A stretch of DNA of 64,000 bases from Methanotrichaceae archaeon (lineage in GTDB: Archaea > Halobacteriota > Methanosarcinia > Methanotrichales > Methanotrichaceae): the NCBI GenBank assembly GCA_963748825.1, contig CAVVKN010000018.1, positions 64,001 to 128,000 on the forward strand, in the 5' to 3' direction. Below are positions 21,543 through 32,259 of this stretch, piece by piece. Numbering within the stretch: the first letter of the stretch is position 1; every line of letters starts with the position of its first letter. Made by a program: the position numbers and the translations under genes. The notes beneath the pieces are model-generated. The model saw only the letters and a list, made by a program, of their open reading frames with translations. It was not told the origin of the DNA and did not search any database.

Positions 21543-24500
21543 TTAGCGGAACTCCAGCTTGGCCTCGTCCATTGCCTCGAAAAGATAGGCCATTCCAGGC
21601 ACCAATGTCTCATTCTTGCCCAGGTGCGTCCAGCCCTGTTCCTCATACTTCCAGATGAAAGCCGAGACAAGGCCTTTATTTACCGCCTCTTGATACTTGT
21701 ATCTCTTATGCTCGGCATTCACGGTAATGTTGCCTAAATCTACCGTCTTGTTCACAGGAAGGCCAATCATATTCCATCCGGCATGCAGATCGAGGCGGTA
21801 GGGCAGATCGACGGGCTTGCCGGAGATCTCTATGGTGAAGTTGTCGGCACTGTCGATAAGGTAGCCCTCACCTGGGCGGAAACTGGTCACATTGATCATG
21901 CCCCCATCCTTCATGCCGAAGTCCCATCCATTGCCGGCAATGGAGAATATGCTCCGGTAAGGCTTATTCGCCAGGTACTTGGAGGCCGCTCTTTCTTTCG
22001 GCTTGAGGTATACGGCTATGGCATTCCAGCCAGCCGTCACATTGATGCGCTGAACCTGGCCGGGGATGAGCACATACTCTATCTGAAAGCTCCTCTCCTC
22101 AGCAAGCCTCGGTCGTATGATGGGCCACATCACTTTCTTTTTTTCGCCTAACGTGTATTCATCATGCCAGACAGAAAGGCCGTTTTCCTTAACCACGATC
22201 TTGTCTGCATCTTTGGGCAGCAATACCTCGCCGATGATGGCGGGCGGTGCATTTAGATTGAGAAGCCCGTTGGTGCTATCTGTCTCGATCCAGTAAATCC
22301 AGTCGGTTGCGCTCTCGTTCAAGGGCTTTATGGATGCCTTGATTATGCTCTTGTTCTCGCCCGTGGCATTGACGATTTCCTCTACTGTGCTGTAGGGGCG
22401 ATGCGGTGTTTTCGGCATCGCCGGCCGGAAGCTTGGGTCTCCCAGAATGACATCCATGTAGGCCGTCTGGTTGAGCATCTCGGATACAGACAGATCCCAA
22501 TCGGGTAAGGGCTCATCGTAATCGGAGATAGCCTTGATGTTCTGGGCACCTTGAAACTTCAGCCTGTAAAGATTATCTGCGTCGAGAACGGCCTCACCCA
22601 CCGTAGCATTCTCAAAGACCAGTGACTGATAAAACCTCTTTAAGAATCCTTCCGAAATGAAGATCCAGGACAGAGCCGAGTCCCCTATGTAGTTCACAGC
22701 TCCAGCTCTTACGAAGGACAGGGCAATGGAGTCCTCCAGGTTCATGGGGATGTAAATCCTGGTGCCGGTCACATTGAGATAGTATCCCTTGAGGTTTGCA
22801 GTAACACAGGCGCCTGCGGTGGTTGTCTGGGGTGAAAGAGTTAACTCTTTTACATGCGCCCCGGTAAGCGAAGAATCCATCATCGACCAATCCGATAACG
22901 CCCATGCGTTTTCATTGCCGTGATGATCAAAGTTCACAATGTTCTGGCCGTTATTCATCTGCGAGATGACTTGCTGGTAGGTGGCCTCTTCATAGCGCAG
23001 GTCCTTGACTTGCAGCCCTGCTTCCCTCAAATAGTCTCTGATGCTCATTGAAGTGGGAGCCTGCGGGAAAGAGAGGGGCGGCGATGATACGACCAGGGCA
23101 TTATTCTTCCAGGATCCACTCAGTCGGTCATAGGCCAAGGTGCGAGCCAGAAGCTGAGAGGCATCGTAAACGGAAAGCCCCATGATTCTGCCTACTGCTA
23201 CGCTGCTGTAATTCTCACCATTTATGGGCAATTGATAGTCCCTGTAGACCTCGTACTCCATGACATCAGATAGCTTCTGAATTAGGCCGGTGGATATGAA
23301 GGGCAGCGATCCCGGATCGCCCACAACCATCAGATAGTGAGGTGAGAGCTTAAGGTCATCGACCTTCTGCCTTAATGCTTGCTCCTCAATCAAAGGATCG
23401 ATTTGCTGCGGGTCTTTGGCCACGTCCAGCAGAATTGCCCGGCGAGCTGCTGCTGCACCAGCCGCAACCAGGGACAGACGGGGGACTTTGGTGTGGCTGA
23501 ATGCAGTAATATTCACAGCCTCAATATTAGAGCGAACATCGATGGTGTAGTTCTTCGTTCTTTGGGCATAACCGTTCCCGGTCTCAATATTGAACATCCA
23601 CTTGCCTGGCGTTAGCATCTGCACTCGCACATCATAGAGCCGATCAGGCTCGATATCTGTGATCCTGGTGCTGCCGGTTCTTTTGTCCGGGCTGTAGAGG
23701 TTTAGGGCGGTGTAACTTGCGTCACGGTTAAGGTTCCAGGATATGTTCGTTCTGCCCGAGTAGATCCAGGTGGGGTAGGTCAGGTTGATTACCGGCTCGT
23801 CATCCACATTTTCCAGGGTATGGTTATAGGAAAAACCCTCGTATGCGGCCGTAGCCCCGGTGTCCAGCCGCTCTTCCCAGCCAGAGTCCATGGGGTAGAG
23901 CAGTTCTACATCTACATTCAGACTGGCAGACTTGTCCGGCTCAAGCCTGTTTATATTCCAGCGAAGCATGGACCCGTTGAGGAATGCATTAATGGCATCC
24001 GAAGGCTTCCCGCTATAGGGATCGGTAACATTTGCCTCGCCCTTTTGTGGCTGGGGCCATTTTATGAGCCTGCCCATGGGGAAGATGTCCAGCAATCGCA
24101 CATCTTTCAGCACATCTTTGCCGGTATTGCTCATAGTGATGTTGAGCCTTACAATCTCTCCCAGCTCCTCTGCCGGCACCTGGCTTGGGCTTATTTCGGT
24201 TCTTATCAGCAGATCATCAACAAATGTTCGCTCTACTACGGGATTTGGCACAGGCTGCAGAAGCGAGAGATCATGAGAGTTGGCAAAGACCACCATGTTC
24301 GGACTATCTCCCCTTTTATTCATCTGCTCGATAAGGAATTCGGAATTTCCCTCATGCAAGGTAATGTTCATTTGGCTCAGGTTCTGCCTCACAACTGGCG
24401 AGATTGGACCTACAATCACAGCCTCTTTGACATTCAGGCGTGATAATGCGCTAGCCGTCTCATCTGGCAGTGATCTGTCCACGAAGAGGAGCGGCCAATT

Positions 24501-25898
24501 TAGATAAGAGGCAATTGGAGCAGCAACAAGGGCCGCGCTGTAATTTTCGCCTACAATTACGGCTCCCGGCGAGCTTTTCCAGTAACGGCTTATCTTTTCT
24601 GCCATCTCAAAGCTGTTATTTGCCTGCACCGCTGCATCGCAATTCCAGGAGACTTCTCCAATGGCAAGAGTCTTTCCGCCTAACTGGCCTAGTAGCCAGT
24701 GCGCGGCTAATGAAGGAGGCTGCAGCTCCGACCAAACGGGTGTATGAACGACGTTATACTCGAAGGCAACTCCTGCTGCGCCGGATTTTATGAGGTCCTC
24801 GATATACTTCACCGCGCCCTCTACATTCTGAGTAGAGAGAACGTATGCGAGGTAATCATCGCTCAAACGGACATAAACCGGTTTTTTGCTGAGAATGCAG
24901 GCCTGTCCTGCATCCTGGGCGGAGAGTGGGGATATTAAGGAAAAGTCCGTTACCTTTGAGATCTCGGCGAAGTTGTAGCCCCGGATGCGATCGAAGGGAT
25001 TGTCAAAAGCCACGCCAAGCTTCACAGGACCCAAATCAGTGGTTATATTTCGGGCATAATTTACAATTTGCATGAGCTGATCCTGCTTCCACTGCGTCCA
25101 TCTCGCCTGGTTGTAGCTATTAATATTGACTTTGCTGAGATCTATGCCTGTATCCTGATAGAACTTCTCCTTGCAGACGTTGCAGTAGCAATAATTCTCA
25201 TCCTGAAAGCCAAAATGATAAAGCACAACGCCATCGACCTTGTAGTCGTCTATCAGCGTTTCGATCAGATTGTAGAGATTATCCCTCACCTCTTGGTTAG
25301 CAGGACAAAAAAGGGCGGCTTTGCCGCCGATTTCGGGATTTGCCACCTGAAGCAAGCTTTTATCGATCCTGGAATCGTCAGTCACTGGTAGGTCAAGGCC
25401 TGCCTCTGCAAGCATGGCTTTCCTGGCCTGCGGCAATTCTTTTATATCTCCTGCTGCCCCCGGCTCGGAGATAACGGGAATCTCAAGAGTTGCTGTAATG
25501 TAAGCTTTCAGACCGTCTTTGTGGGCTGCTTCAACCAGAGCTTTTACCTGATCTCCTGTTCCATGGATAGTTATGGTGCTGATATTTGCCGCCTTAAATG
25601 TGTTAAGGATTGCAGAAGCACCATATCTTTGCAGATCGCTCTCTTCAACCCAGCCGTTTCTATCCCCGGCCTGGACCGCTTTGGGAAGAATCAACATAGG
25701 CAATGCTCTGGTCTCATTTTCTTCAGACCAGATAGCAAGAGGTGTAGCTGCAATGGGTGCATGCCAATCGCCTGATCCGACTAAAATCACATCCTCCAGG
25801 TCGCCCTTAACTCCTCTTTCCAAGGGTGCTTCCTCTGCGAAGCATTGCCCTGTAATGGACATGATTGCTATGAATAGTATTAGATATTGCAGCCTCAC
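21543..25898 (-). CDS. Large secreted protein: cell-wall-binding-2-like repeats, GH-like TIM barrel, Ig-like domain, C25 (gingipain) peptidase and C-terminal GWN repeats
   Basis: GTG start overlapping the upstream stop (GTGA); DGVVL..CYCNVC barrel motif; AAPIASYLNWPLLFV; VVGDP, VAVGRI, FDHHGNE, GACVT, GAVNYIG, ILGDP C25 motifs. Confidence 0.75.
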   Translation of the reverse strand: MRLQYLILFIAIMSITGQCFAEEAPLERGVKGDLEDVILVGSGDWHAPIAATPLAIWSEENETRALPMLILPKAVQAGDRNGWVEESDLQRYGASAILNTFKAANISTITIHGTGDQVKALVEAAHKDGLKAYITATLEIPVISEPGAAGDIKELPQARKAMLAEAGLDLPVTDDSRIDKSLLQVANPEIGGKAALFCPANQEVRDNLYNLIETLIDDYKVDGVVLYHFGFQDENYCYCNVCKEKFYQDTGIDLSKVNINSYNQARWTQWKQDQLMQIVNYARNITTDLGPVKLGVAFDNPFDRIRGYNFAEISKVTDFSLISPLSAQDAGQACILSKKPVYVRLSDDYLAYVLSTQNVEGAVKYIEDLIKSGAAGVAFEYNVVHTPVWSELQPPSLAAHWLLGQLGGKTLAIGEVSWNCDAAVQANNSFEMAEKISRYWKSSPGAVIVGENYSAALVAAPIASYLNWPLLFVDRSLPDETASALSRLNVKEAVIVGPISPVVRQNLSQMNITLHEGNSEFLIEQMNKRGDSPNMVVFANSHDLSLLQPVPNPVVERTFVDDLLIRTEISPSQVPAEELGEIVRLNITMSNTGKDVLKDVRLLDIFPMGRLIKWPQPQKGEANVTDPYSGKPSDAINAFLNGSMLRWNINRLEPDKSASLNVDVELLYPMDSGWEERLDTGATAAYEGFSYNHTLENVDDEPVINLTYPTWIYSGRTNISWNLNRDASYTALNLYSPDKRTGSTRITDIEPDRLYDVRVQMLTPGKWMFNIETGNGYAQRTKNYTIDVRSNIEAVNITAFSHTKVPRLSLVAAGAAAARRAILLDVAKDPQQIDPLIEEQALRQKVDDLKLSPHYLMVVGDPGSLPFISTGLIQKLSDVMEYEVYRDYQLPINGENYSSVAVGRIMGLSVYDASQLLARTLAYDRLSGSWKNNALVVSSPPLSFPQAPTSMSIRDYLREAGLQVKDLRYEEATYQQVISQMNNGQNIVNFDHHGNENAWALSDWSMMDSSLTGAHVKELTLSPQTTTAGACVTANLKGYYLNVTGTRIYIPMNLEDSIALSFVRAGAVNYIGDSALSWIFISEGFLKRFYQSLVFENATVGEAVLDADNLYRLKFQGAQNIKAISDYDEPLPDWDLSVSEMLNQTAYMDVILGDPSFRPAMPKTPHRPYSTVEEIVNATGENKSIIKASIKPLNESATDWIYWIETDSTNGLLNLNAPPAIIGEVLLPKDADKIVVKENGLSVWHDEYTLGEKKKVMWPIIRPRLAEERSFQIEYVLIPGQVQRINVTAGWNAIAVYLKPKERAASKYLANKPYRSIFSIAGNGWDFGMKDGGMINVTSFRPGEGYLIDSADNFTIEISGKPVDLPYRLDLHAGWNMIGLPVNKTVDLGNITVNAEHKRYKYQEAVNKGLVSAFIWKYEEQGWTHLGKNETLVPGMAYLFEAMDEAKLEFR

Positions 25899-27481
25899 GA
25901 TTTCACCTCTTCTGTTTTGACGCCTGCATCTTGTAGTGGCTTCGTATACTCTGCTCCAATCTCTCCCACGGTCATCGCCCTGGAGAGGGTAACATTTCTT
26001 TTGGTCATTTCCGCTATGGCGGCCCTGGCATTCTCGGTCACATCGCCCTCGCATACCACGATTGGCGCGCCTGTCATCTTGGCCGTCTGATAGGCCCTGA
26101 ATATGTCAGCTGGCCTGGATCCGGATAAGACCACCTCTGCAGTTCCATTCTGCCAGATTTCTGCGGCAAAGAGCCAGCACTCTTCGTAAAGGCTATTTCC
26201 ATCAATGCGCTTGATTTCGACTCCGTCCAATACTTTTTCGGCGTCTTTAGTGACGATGGATTGATTGCCCAAAATCACAATCCGGGAATAGTCCTGCAGC
26301 TTCTCCTGATCCATTTCACTTAATTTGCCCGGAGGAACGGTAATTATGTCGAAATAAGCAGTTCCATTGCTCAAGCTGCTTATAGATGCGATAGTGCTAT
26401 AGAGGAATTCATCTCCCGTCAAAATGGCATTGCCTTGCGGCAAGATCACTTTGATGGATGCTATCTCTTCCGGCATTGGAATGCCCTGGGAGTCCATGAG
26501 CCGGAAGACAAGCGGATAGTCGCCTGCAGTCGAAGCCAGCAGGGTGAAATTGGCTATGCCAGGGCTATGCGGGCTAACATCTACCGTCTGGGCTAAAGGT
26601 ATGACCATAAGCTCAGGAGGCGTTACTATTCCTACCATTACCTTCTCCTTAACATCCAGCATGATGTTGAAGGAGCCTTTGTAGGTCTTGTTGGTCACTA
26701 TTTTTTCCGGGACCTTGATTTCCACGTTGTAGCCCCGAACAGCCACGGCAAAATCAACCACCGCCTCAACAGAAGAATTTTTGGACTGGTTGCCCAAAGA
26801 TGTGGCTACGATTGAAAGATTGCCTTTCTTGCCGGGTTTGACTGTTTCCACTTGCAGCTTCATGGTATGGGTTGTGCCCGGGTCTAATGGCAAGTCGTAG
26901 GGAAAGTCGAGCGTTTTATCTCCATCCAGCAAGCTCACGCTCCACCCATCCGGCAGTGTCCCGGCGTCGATAGAGGCCACATCCCTAAAAGCGCCCAGGT
27001 TTTTAACAGCCAGATCGAATTGAGCGATATCTTCGGCATTGGCAGAAAGCTCAGCAGACTTGGCATCATCAATGGTCATGCCAATGCCATAGCTCTCCTG
27101 TCCGATGACAGTGAGAACGAAGTCTATTCTCATTGGCAGCGAGGGAGGTGCGCTGTCCAGTAAATATATAAATCCGGTGTAAGTTCCCGGTTTCGTCTCA
27201 GGAGGCAGGATAAAGTAGATCTTAATCTCTGCTTTATCCTGAGGCATGAGCGGTTTTTCTTCGGGCATGTCCAGAAATATGTAATCCCTGGCAGTTCCGC
27301 TCATCTCGGTTTTTGAGATCTTGAAGATTGTCGCATCTCCAATATTGGTTACCTTAAGCGTTCTCTCCTCCAGGTCACCGGAATGGAGCACAACATCAAA
27401 TCTTTCCTTGTCTGCTGTCAGCTGGGCGGAGCTGGCGGCAATCAGCAGGAATAGAATAATAATCGGGTATATCTGCCTCAT
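25895..27481 (-). CDS. Secreted protein with Ig-like (NEW3-like) domains and C-terminal cell-wall-binding-2-like repeats
   Basis: Signal peptide, VKNLG..D, LPDGWSVSL, IVILGNQSIV..IKRIDG. Confidence 0.7.
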   Translation of the reverse strand: MRQIYPIIILFLLIAASSAQLTADKERFDVVLHSGDLEERTLKVTNIGDATIFKISKTEMSGTARDYIFLDMPEEKPLMPQDKAEIKIYFILPPETKPGTYTGFIYLLDSAPPSLPMRIDFVLTVIGQESYGIGMTIDDAKSAELSANAEDIAQFDLAVKNLGAFRDVASIDAGTLPDGWSVSLLDGDKTLDFPYDLPLDPGTTHTMKLQVETVKPGKKGNLSIVATSLGNQSKNSSVEAVVDFAVAVRGYNVEIKVPEKIVTNKTYKGSFNIMLDVKEKVMVGIVTPPELMVIPLAQTVDVSPHSPGIANFTLLASTAGDYPLVFRLMDSQGIPMPEEIASIKVILPQGNAILTGDEFLYSTIASISSLSNGTAYFDIITVPPGKLSEMDQEKLQDYSRIVILGNQSIVTKDAEKVLDGVEIKRIDGNSLYEECWLFAAEIWQNGTAEVVLSGSRPADIFRAYQTAKMTGAPIVVCEGDVTENARAAIAEMTKRNVTLSRAMTVGEIGAEYTKPLQDAGVKTEEVKS

Positions 27482-27640
27482 CTAACACCACACGATGGCA
27501 TACGCCGGATTTTACTACTGTAAGTATCCCACTACGTTCCCCATTTATAAATCCTCTCTCAAAGGAATAAATAATAAGCTTCTCCTCTCGACGGGCTAGT
27601 TTATATCTGTTATGCATCAGAACAACAGGTCGGTGTTTCC

Positions 27641-28132
27641 TTGGATCGAGAGAAAGCCTTTCTGGTGGCCACGCCCTTCAAGAAGCGTGGCAAGACAAGC
27701 CTGAAGATCAGCGACTTTATCTTTGCTCTATCCCTCGACCTGAAATGGGGGCCGCCGGAGAAGGTGCGCGCCCTCCTCCGGGAAGCGGAAGCTGAAGGCA
27801 TGGTTAAGATGGAAGGTGAGATGGTAAATGCGATCTTTGATGCTGCGGCAGTGGATGTTCCCCTGGGATTCAAGCCGTCCACGGAGGAGGGCATACTGGA
27901 TCAGGGAATAAGGCTCATCACCTCCCATACTGGCATGAGCCGAAAAGAGGTCATTGCTCTTGCCAATGAGAAACAGGATTCCCTGAAAAAGCTGGTGGAG
28001 CTGGACGGCGTGGTGCTGCTGATCGCCAGAGAGATGGGCATCGATGTCTGCGAACTGGCTACTATTGCCTACGAGAACCTGCTGGCTCGCGGCAAGGAAG
28101 AGAAGAGCATTTCAGCCCGTCCGGAATCGTAA
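27641..28132 (+). CDS. DUF2240 family protein
   Basis: FIFALSLDLKW, VDVPLGFKP. Confidence 0.8.
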   Translation: MDREKAFLVATPFKKRGKTSLKISDFIFALSLDLKWGPPEKVRALLREAEAEGMVKMEGEMVNAIFDAAAVDVPLGFKPSTEEGILDQGIRLITSHTGMSRKEVIALANEKQDSLKKLVELDGVVLLIAREMGIDVCELATIAYENLLARGKEEKSISARPES

Positions 28133-28166
28133 GATTAATCTTCCATGGGGAAGGGACAGGGGATTT

Positions 28167-29516
28167 ATGACTCCCAGGGTTCTGTTCACAACCATTTATA
28201 GAAAGGGCTCCGAGCCTTATGACTACATCGGAGCCAATACCAGGTCATGGTTCAGATTCTACTGGCCGCGCATCCAATCCTTCGGCCTGAGATTTCTAAA
28301 GCAGAACATTCCCGAGCTGGAGATCCTGGAGTTTCCCACCTGGGATGAGTACCAGAAGAAGCTGCAAGAGGGCTGGGATGTAGTGGGGCTCTCCTTTTAC
28401 CTGAGCGAGACCCATGAAGCCATGGAGATGGTGGATGCGGCGCGCGCCGCTGGAGCCGGCGAGGTTTGGGCGGGGAACTATGGCGCGCTGACCACTGCGG
28501 TGCAGGACAGGTTCGATAGGATCTTCGTGGGCTACTCAGAGCGCGAGCTTGCCCCCTATTTCGGACGGCAGATCAAGGACATAATTCACCCTCCGCTCAT
28601 CGAGTATCTCAACACGCCCTTCAATATCAAGCTGAACATTTACGGAGTGCTGTTCACCACGCGCGGCTGCCCGGTAGGCTGCAAATTCTGCCAGACGCCG
28701 GTCTTCTGCAATAAGCCCAATATCATCTCGCTGCAAAGCATCGAACGAGTTTTGGCCTACTATAAAGAGCACGGAATCAATGTCGTTTTGATTGAGGATG
28801 AGAACTTCGGATGCAATCGCCGCCATGCCGATGCAGTCGTAGAGCTTTTGGACAAGTATCAGATGGTATGGGGATGCATGGCGCGGGCTGATTATCTGAG
28901 AACGAAGATCGATGACTGGGCGGATATGAGGAAGAAGAACGGCAGAAAGGTGTCCGGCTTTGGGGGGGCGGCCATCGGCATCGAGAACTTGCATCAAGAG
29001 CGCCTGGACCAGATGAAGAAGAAGGAAGGCACCGAGGACATTTTAGAGACGCTGCGCATGCTGCAAGCAAGAAATCTTGGCACCGTGGGTTATTACATGA
29101 TTGGCTTTGAGGAAGACACCAAGGAGTCGCTACGTGAGGACATAAAGAAGCTGGCGGCACTGAAACTGGACATAACCCAGATCTGCGTCATAACCCCTCT
29201 GCCCCAGACGCCCATGTGGACGGAGATCGAGGAGAAGTTCGGCATCTGGGATCACGACTATCATCACCACGACGGCAAGCACATGGTCTGGAATCATCCT
29301 CGCATCAAGCCCGAGGAGTTTCCGGGCATACTGGACTGGTCATTCAAGCAGGTCCATCCCTGGCATGCGCCTCTACGCACCTCGGCTAGGGTTTGGACCA
29401 ACGCCTATCGCTACGGTGGCTGGAACGGAGTGAAAGAGGTTGCCGGCTACATCAGCCGGGCCAACAAGTTCGACTGGAATGCGGGCCTTCGGCTGCTGGA
29501 AGTGAGTGAGAGTTAA
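28167..29516 (+). CDS. Radical SAM protein with B12-binding-like N-terminal domain
   Basis: TTRGCPVGCKFC, IEDENF, IGIE, TPLPQTP. Confidence 0.88.
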   Translation: MTPRVLFTTIYRKGSEPYDYIGANTRSWFRFYWPRIQSFGLRFLKQNIPELEILEFPTWDEYQKKLQEGWDVVGLSFYLSETHEAMEMVDAARAAGAGEVWAGNYGALTTAVQDRFDRIFVGYSERELAPYFGRQIKDIIHPPLIEYLNTPFNIKLNIYGVLFTTRGCPVGCKFCQTPVFCNKPNIISLQSIERVLAYYKEHGINVVLIEDENFGCNRRHADAVVELLDKYQMVWGCMARADYLRTKIDDWADMRKKNGRKVSGFGGAAIGIENLHQERLDQMKKKEGTEDILETLRMLQARNLGTVGYYMIGFEEDTKESLREDIKKLAALKLDITQICVITPLPQTPMWTEIEEKFGIWDHDYHHHDGKHMVWNHPRIKPEEFPGILDWSFKQVHPWHAPLRTSARVWTNAYRYGGWNGVKEVAGYISRANKFDWNAGLRLLEVSES

Positions 29517-29531
29517 GGATGAAGGAAATCG

Positions 29532-30998
29532 ATGAAGATATTACTACTATCCTCTCCCGTAGTTCAGCTCGACTTTGACCGCATCGCTCGCGTGCCTAAC
29601 CTGGGCCTCGCTTCATTGGCGGCGCATGTAGATGATCTATGCACGGTTCATGTAGCTGATATCCACGGCCTGAAAAACCACCGGGAATATATGAGCAAGA
29701 TCGTAAACGGCTACGATCTGATTGGCCTGACCGCTATGAGCTTTCAGTATCATGAGGCCCTGGCCCTGGCAAAGATTGCCAAGCAGGCAGGCGCAGAGAC
29801 TGTTTTCGGCGGCTATCATCCCACGCTTGCGGCAGAAGAGATTGGCAATAGCACGGATGCTGCGCTCATCGACTACATTGTGCGCGGGGAAGGCGAGGCC
29901 ACCTTCCGAGTGTTGGTAGAGGCCCTGTTGGCCGGAAAAAGCCCTCGGGGCATACTGGGCCTCTCCTACCACGAGGGCGAAGGGATAGGGGAAGGAATGG
30001 TCCATAATCCCCCAAGACCTCTGCTCAAGGTGGAAGAGATCAAAATGCCCAAAAGGGATGCGCGCCTCATCACCAAGGGCTTTTACAGCTTTGATGTGCC
30101 CATCGACTGCGTGGAGACCAGCCGGGGCTGCACGCAGGGCTGTAAGTTCTGCTCCATCAATCTCATGTATGGTCGCCGCTTCCGGCGCTTTCCCATTGAA
30201 AGGGTGATCGAAGATATCCGGGACGCCGAAGCGCACGGGGCAGGCTCCATCTTCTTCCCGGACGACAACATCACCCTGGACCCTAAGAGGCTGGAGAGGC
30301 TCTGCCAGGCCATCATCGATGCCGGGCTTACTCATCTGCGCTACAAGACGCAGGCTTCCGCCTCGGGCATTGCATCGAGCAAGCAGTTAGTGGACAAGAT
30401 GGGCGAGGCAGGCTTTGATGGCGTCTTTTTGGGAGTGGAGAGCATCAACAAGAGGAACCTGGAGTTCCTGGGCAAGGGCAAGATGTCCAATGATGCCGAG
30501 AAAGCCGTGCAGTACCTGCATGATAATAATATTATTGTCTCTACAGGCCTGATCGGTGGAAATCCCGATGACGATGAGGAGGACCTGTGGGAGAACTTTA
30601 AGCTGGCACGCAGGCTCAAAGTTGACTTTCCCATCTTCTACATCTCCACGCCCTACCCCAAGACAGAGATGCGTGCAGAGCTGGAGGAGATGGGCTTGGT
30701 CACCAACAGCGACTTCACCAGGTACGACGGGCTGCATGCCAATTTAAAGACCAAGAACCTCTCCGAAGAAGAGGTGCAGTACATCACCTGGCAGATGAAC
30801 GCCCGCTACTACGATTTGGAATGGCTGCGGTACAACAAAGTCAAGCGCATCTATCCCAAGTGGTTTGCCCGCGAAATCCGAAGGCTGGCACCCTTTTACG
30901 CCAGGAGAAAGCTGGACCTGGCGCTGGGAAGGAGAACGCCGCGGGATTTCTTCCAGGAGGATCTGGCGAGCGGGGAGCTGTGCAAGGGAGTGACCTAG
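29532..30998 (+). CDS. Cobalamin-dependent radical SAM protein
   Basis: PNLGLASLA, GGYHPT, VRGEGE, TSRGCTQGCKFC, DDNI, TPYPKT. Confidence 0.92.
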   Translation: MKILLLSSPVVQLDFDRIARVPNLGLASLAAHVDDLCTVHVADIHGLKNHREYMSKIVNGYDLIGLTAMSFQYHEALALAKIAKQAGAETVFGGYHPTLAAEEIGNSTDAALIDYIVRGEGEATFRVLVEALLAGKSPRGILGLSYHEGEGIGEGMVHNPPRPLLKVEEIKMPKRDARLITKGFYSFDVPIDCVETSRGCTQGCKFCSINLMYGRRFRRFPIERVIEDIRDAEAHGAGSIFFPDDNITLDPKRLERLCQAIIDAGLTHLRYKTQASASGIASSKQLVDKMGEAGFDGVFLGVESINKRNLEFLGKGKMSNDAEKAVQYLHDNNIIVSTGLIGGNPDDDEEDLWENFKLARRLKVDFPIFYISTPYPKTEMRAELEEMGLVTNSDFTRYDGLHANLKTKNLSEEEVQYITWQMNARYYDLEWLRYNKVKRIYPKWFAREIRRLAPFYARRKLDLALGRRTPRDFFQEDLASGELCKGVT

Positions 30999-31044
30999 TC
31001 AGAAGCAATAATTATTTACATAAGGCAGTTGTATTATCTGATAG

Positions 31045-31239
31045 ATGAAAACGAAAACCCGTGCGGTATTCGAAGATGGTATTTTAAGACCCTTAGAACG
31101 ACTTAATTTGAAACAGGGCGAAGTGGTAGAAATAGAGATCTCCAATGCAGTTCGTAGATCTAAAGGCATCATAAAGATCGATGCAAAGCTGGGAAGAGAA
31201 ATAGCAGAAAGCGATGAGTTTTCCTGCCTGGAAAGTTAG
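31045..31239 (+). CDS. vapB: DUF104/AF2212-like antitoxin
   Basis: RAVFEDGILRPLERLNLKQGEVVEIEI; directly upstream of a PIN gene. Confidence 0.85.
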   Translation: MKTKTRAVFEDGILRPLERLNLKQGEVVEIEISNAVRRSKGIIKIDAKLGREIAESDEFSCLES

Positions 31240-31731
31240 ATGCTAGATACTATCCTTCCCGGAAGCAAAATCTTTATTGATTCAAATATAATGATCTATC
31301 ATTTTCTTGATCTTTCAGAGAGCTGTTCAATTCTCCTCGAACGAGTCGAGCACGGTGAGGTTCAAGCTTATATTTCCACAGTTGTGCAGGCTGAGGTCTT
31401 GCATAGATTGATGATATCAGAAGCGGTGGATAAATTCGGGATCAAACCCAACCAGGCGGTAAGATATCTGAAGGAGCATCCTCGTGCCATTGCATCCTTG
31501 GATAAGTGCGAGATTGCCTTAGCAGATATCCTTGAGTTCAATATCGAGGTCATATGCATGGGAAGAGAAGCAATAATCAAGAGCCAGAATTTTAGAGAAT
31601 GCTACGGTTTAATGACCAATGACTCCTTGAACTTTTATGCGATGAAGAAAGAAGGGCTCAGAATAATTGCCACCAATGACAGAGATTTCGAGCGTATTGA
31701 TGGGATCGAGGTCTGGAGACCAAATGTTTGA
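31240..31731 (+). CDS. vapC: VapC PIN-domain toxin
   Basis: IFIDSNI, VQAEV, LMTNDS, IATNDRDF. Confidence 0.9.
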   Translation: MLDTILPGSKIFIDSNIMIYHFLDLSESCSILLERVEHGEVQAYISTVVQAEVLHRLMISEAVDKFGIKPNQAVRYLKEHPRAIASLDKCEIALADILEFNIEVICMGREAIIKSQNFRECYGLMTNDSLNFYAMKKEGLRIIATNDRDFERIDGIEVWRPNV

Positions 31732-31770
31732 AATGCAGCTACTGGCGTACTTTAATGTCTCGGAGCTACC

Positions 31771-31977
31771 TCAATCTCCTCTCCACTCCTGGATCTTGTG
31801 TTGCAGTTCCACCGATGTGTACCGATCCTTTATGTCTTCCAAAGCTCCTCTCCAATCCAGCTTCAAGCGGCCTTTTGGCTTTCTGCCTCGTTTCTCCATC
31901 AGGAACTTTGCGAAATCGGCAACCTCTTGATGGAGATCAGGAGGAAGCTCTTTGATTACTTCTTCCGGCTCTGACAT
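31771..31977 (-). CDS. DUF2281 family antitoxin-like protein
   Basis: LPPDLHQEVADFAKFL, LKLDWRGAL, YTSVELQHK. Confidence 0.85.
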   Translation of the reverse strand: MSEPEEVIKELPPDLHQEVADFAKFLMEKRGRKPKGRLKLDWRGALEDIKDRYTSVELQHKIQEWRGD

Positions 31978-32259
31978 GGAAATAACATCCTATCTGTGAA
32001 GTAAGACTTCATCTTTTTTCAAGATCAATATAACGATCATACGCTTCGAATTATGATAAAAATATATTAGACATCTTAATTCGGCTTGGTATATCCTGTG
32101 CCTTCCGCCTGCTCCACGCTCTTTTCCATGGTGATCTCCCGATAAAGTCCGCCTTCCATTTTCCTGCCGCATTCTGATCCACTTTGTTTCCCTCTTCAGG
32201 CCGTTTTTGCAGGAAGATCGACATATTGATTAGCGATAGTAACCGTAAGCCGCCTTGAT

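Noticed and set aside
25899-26054. N-terminal 52 aa of the 1503-aa ORF
   Set aside because: Overlaps the upstream gene; the signal peptide begins at GTG 25898
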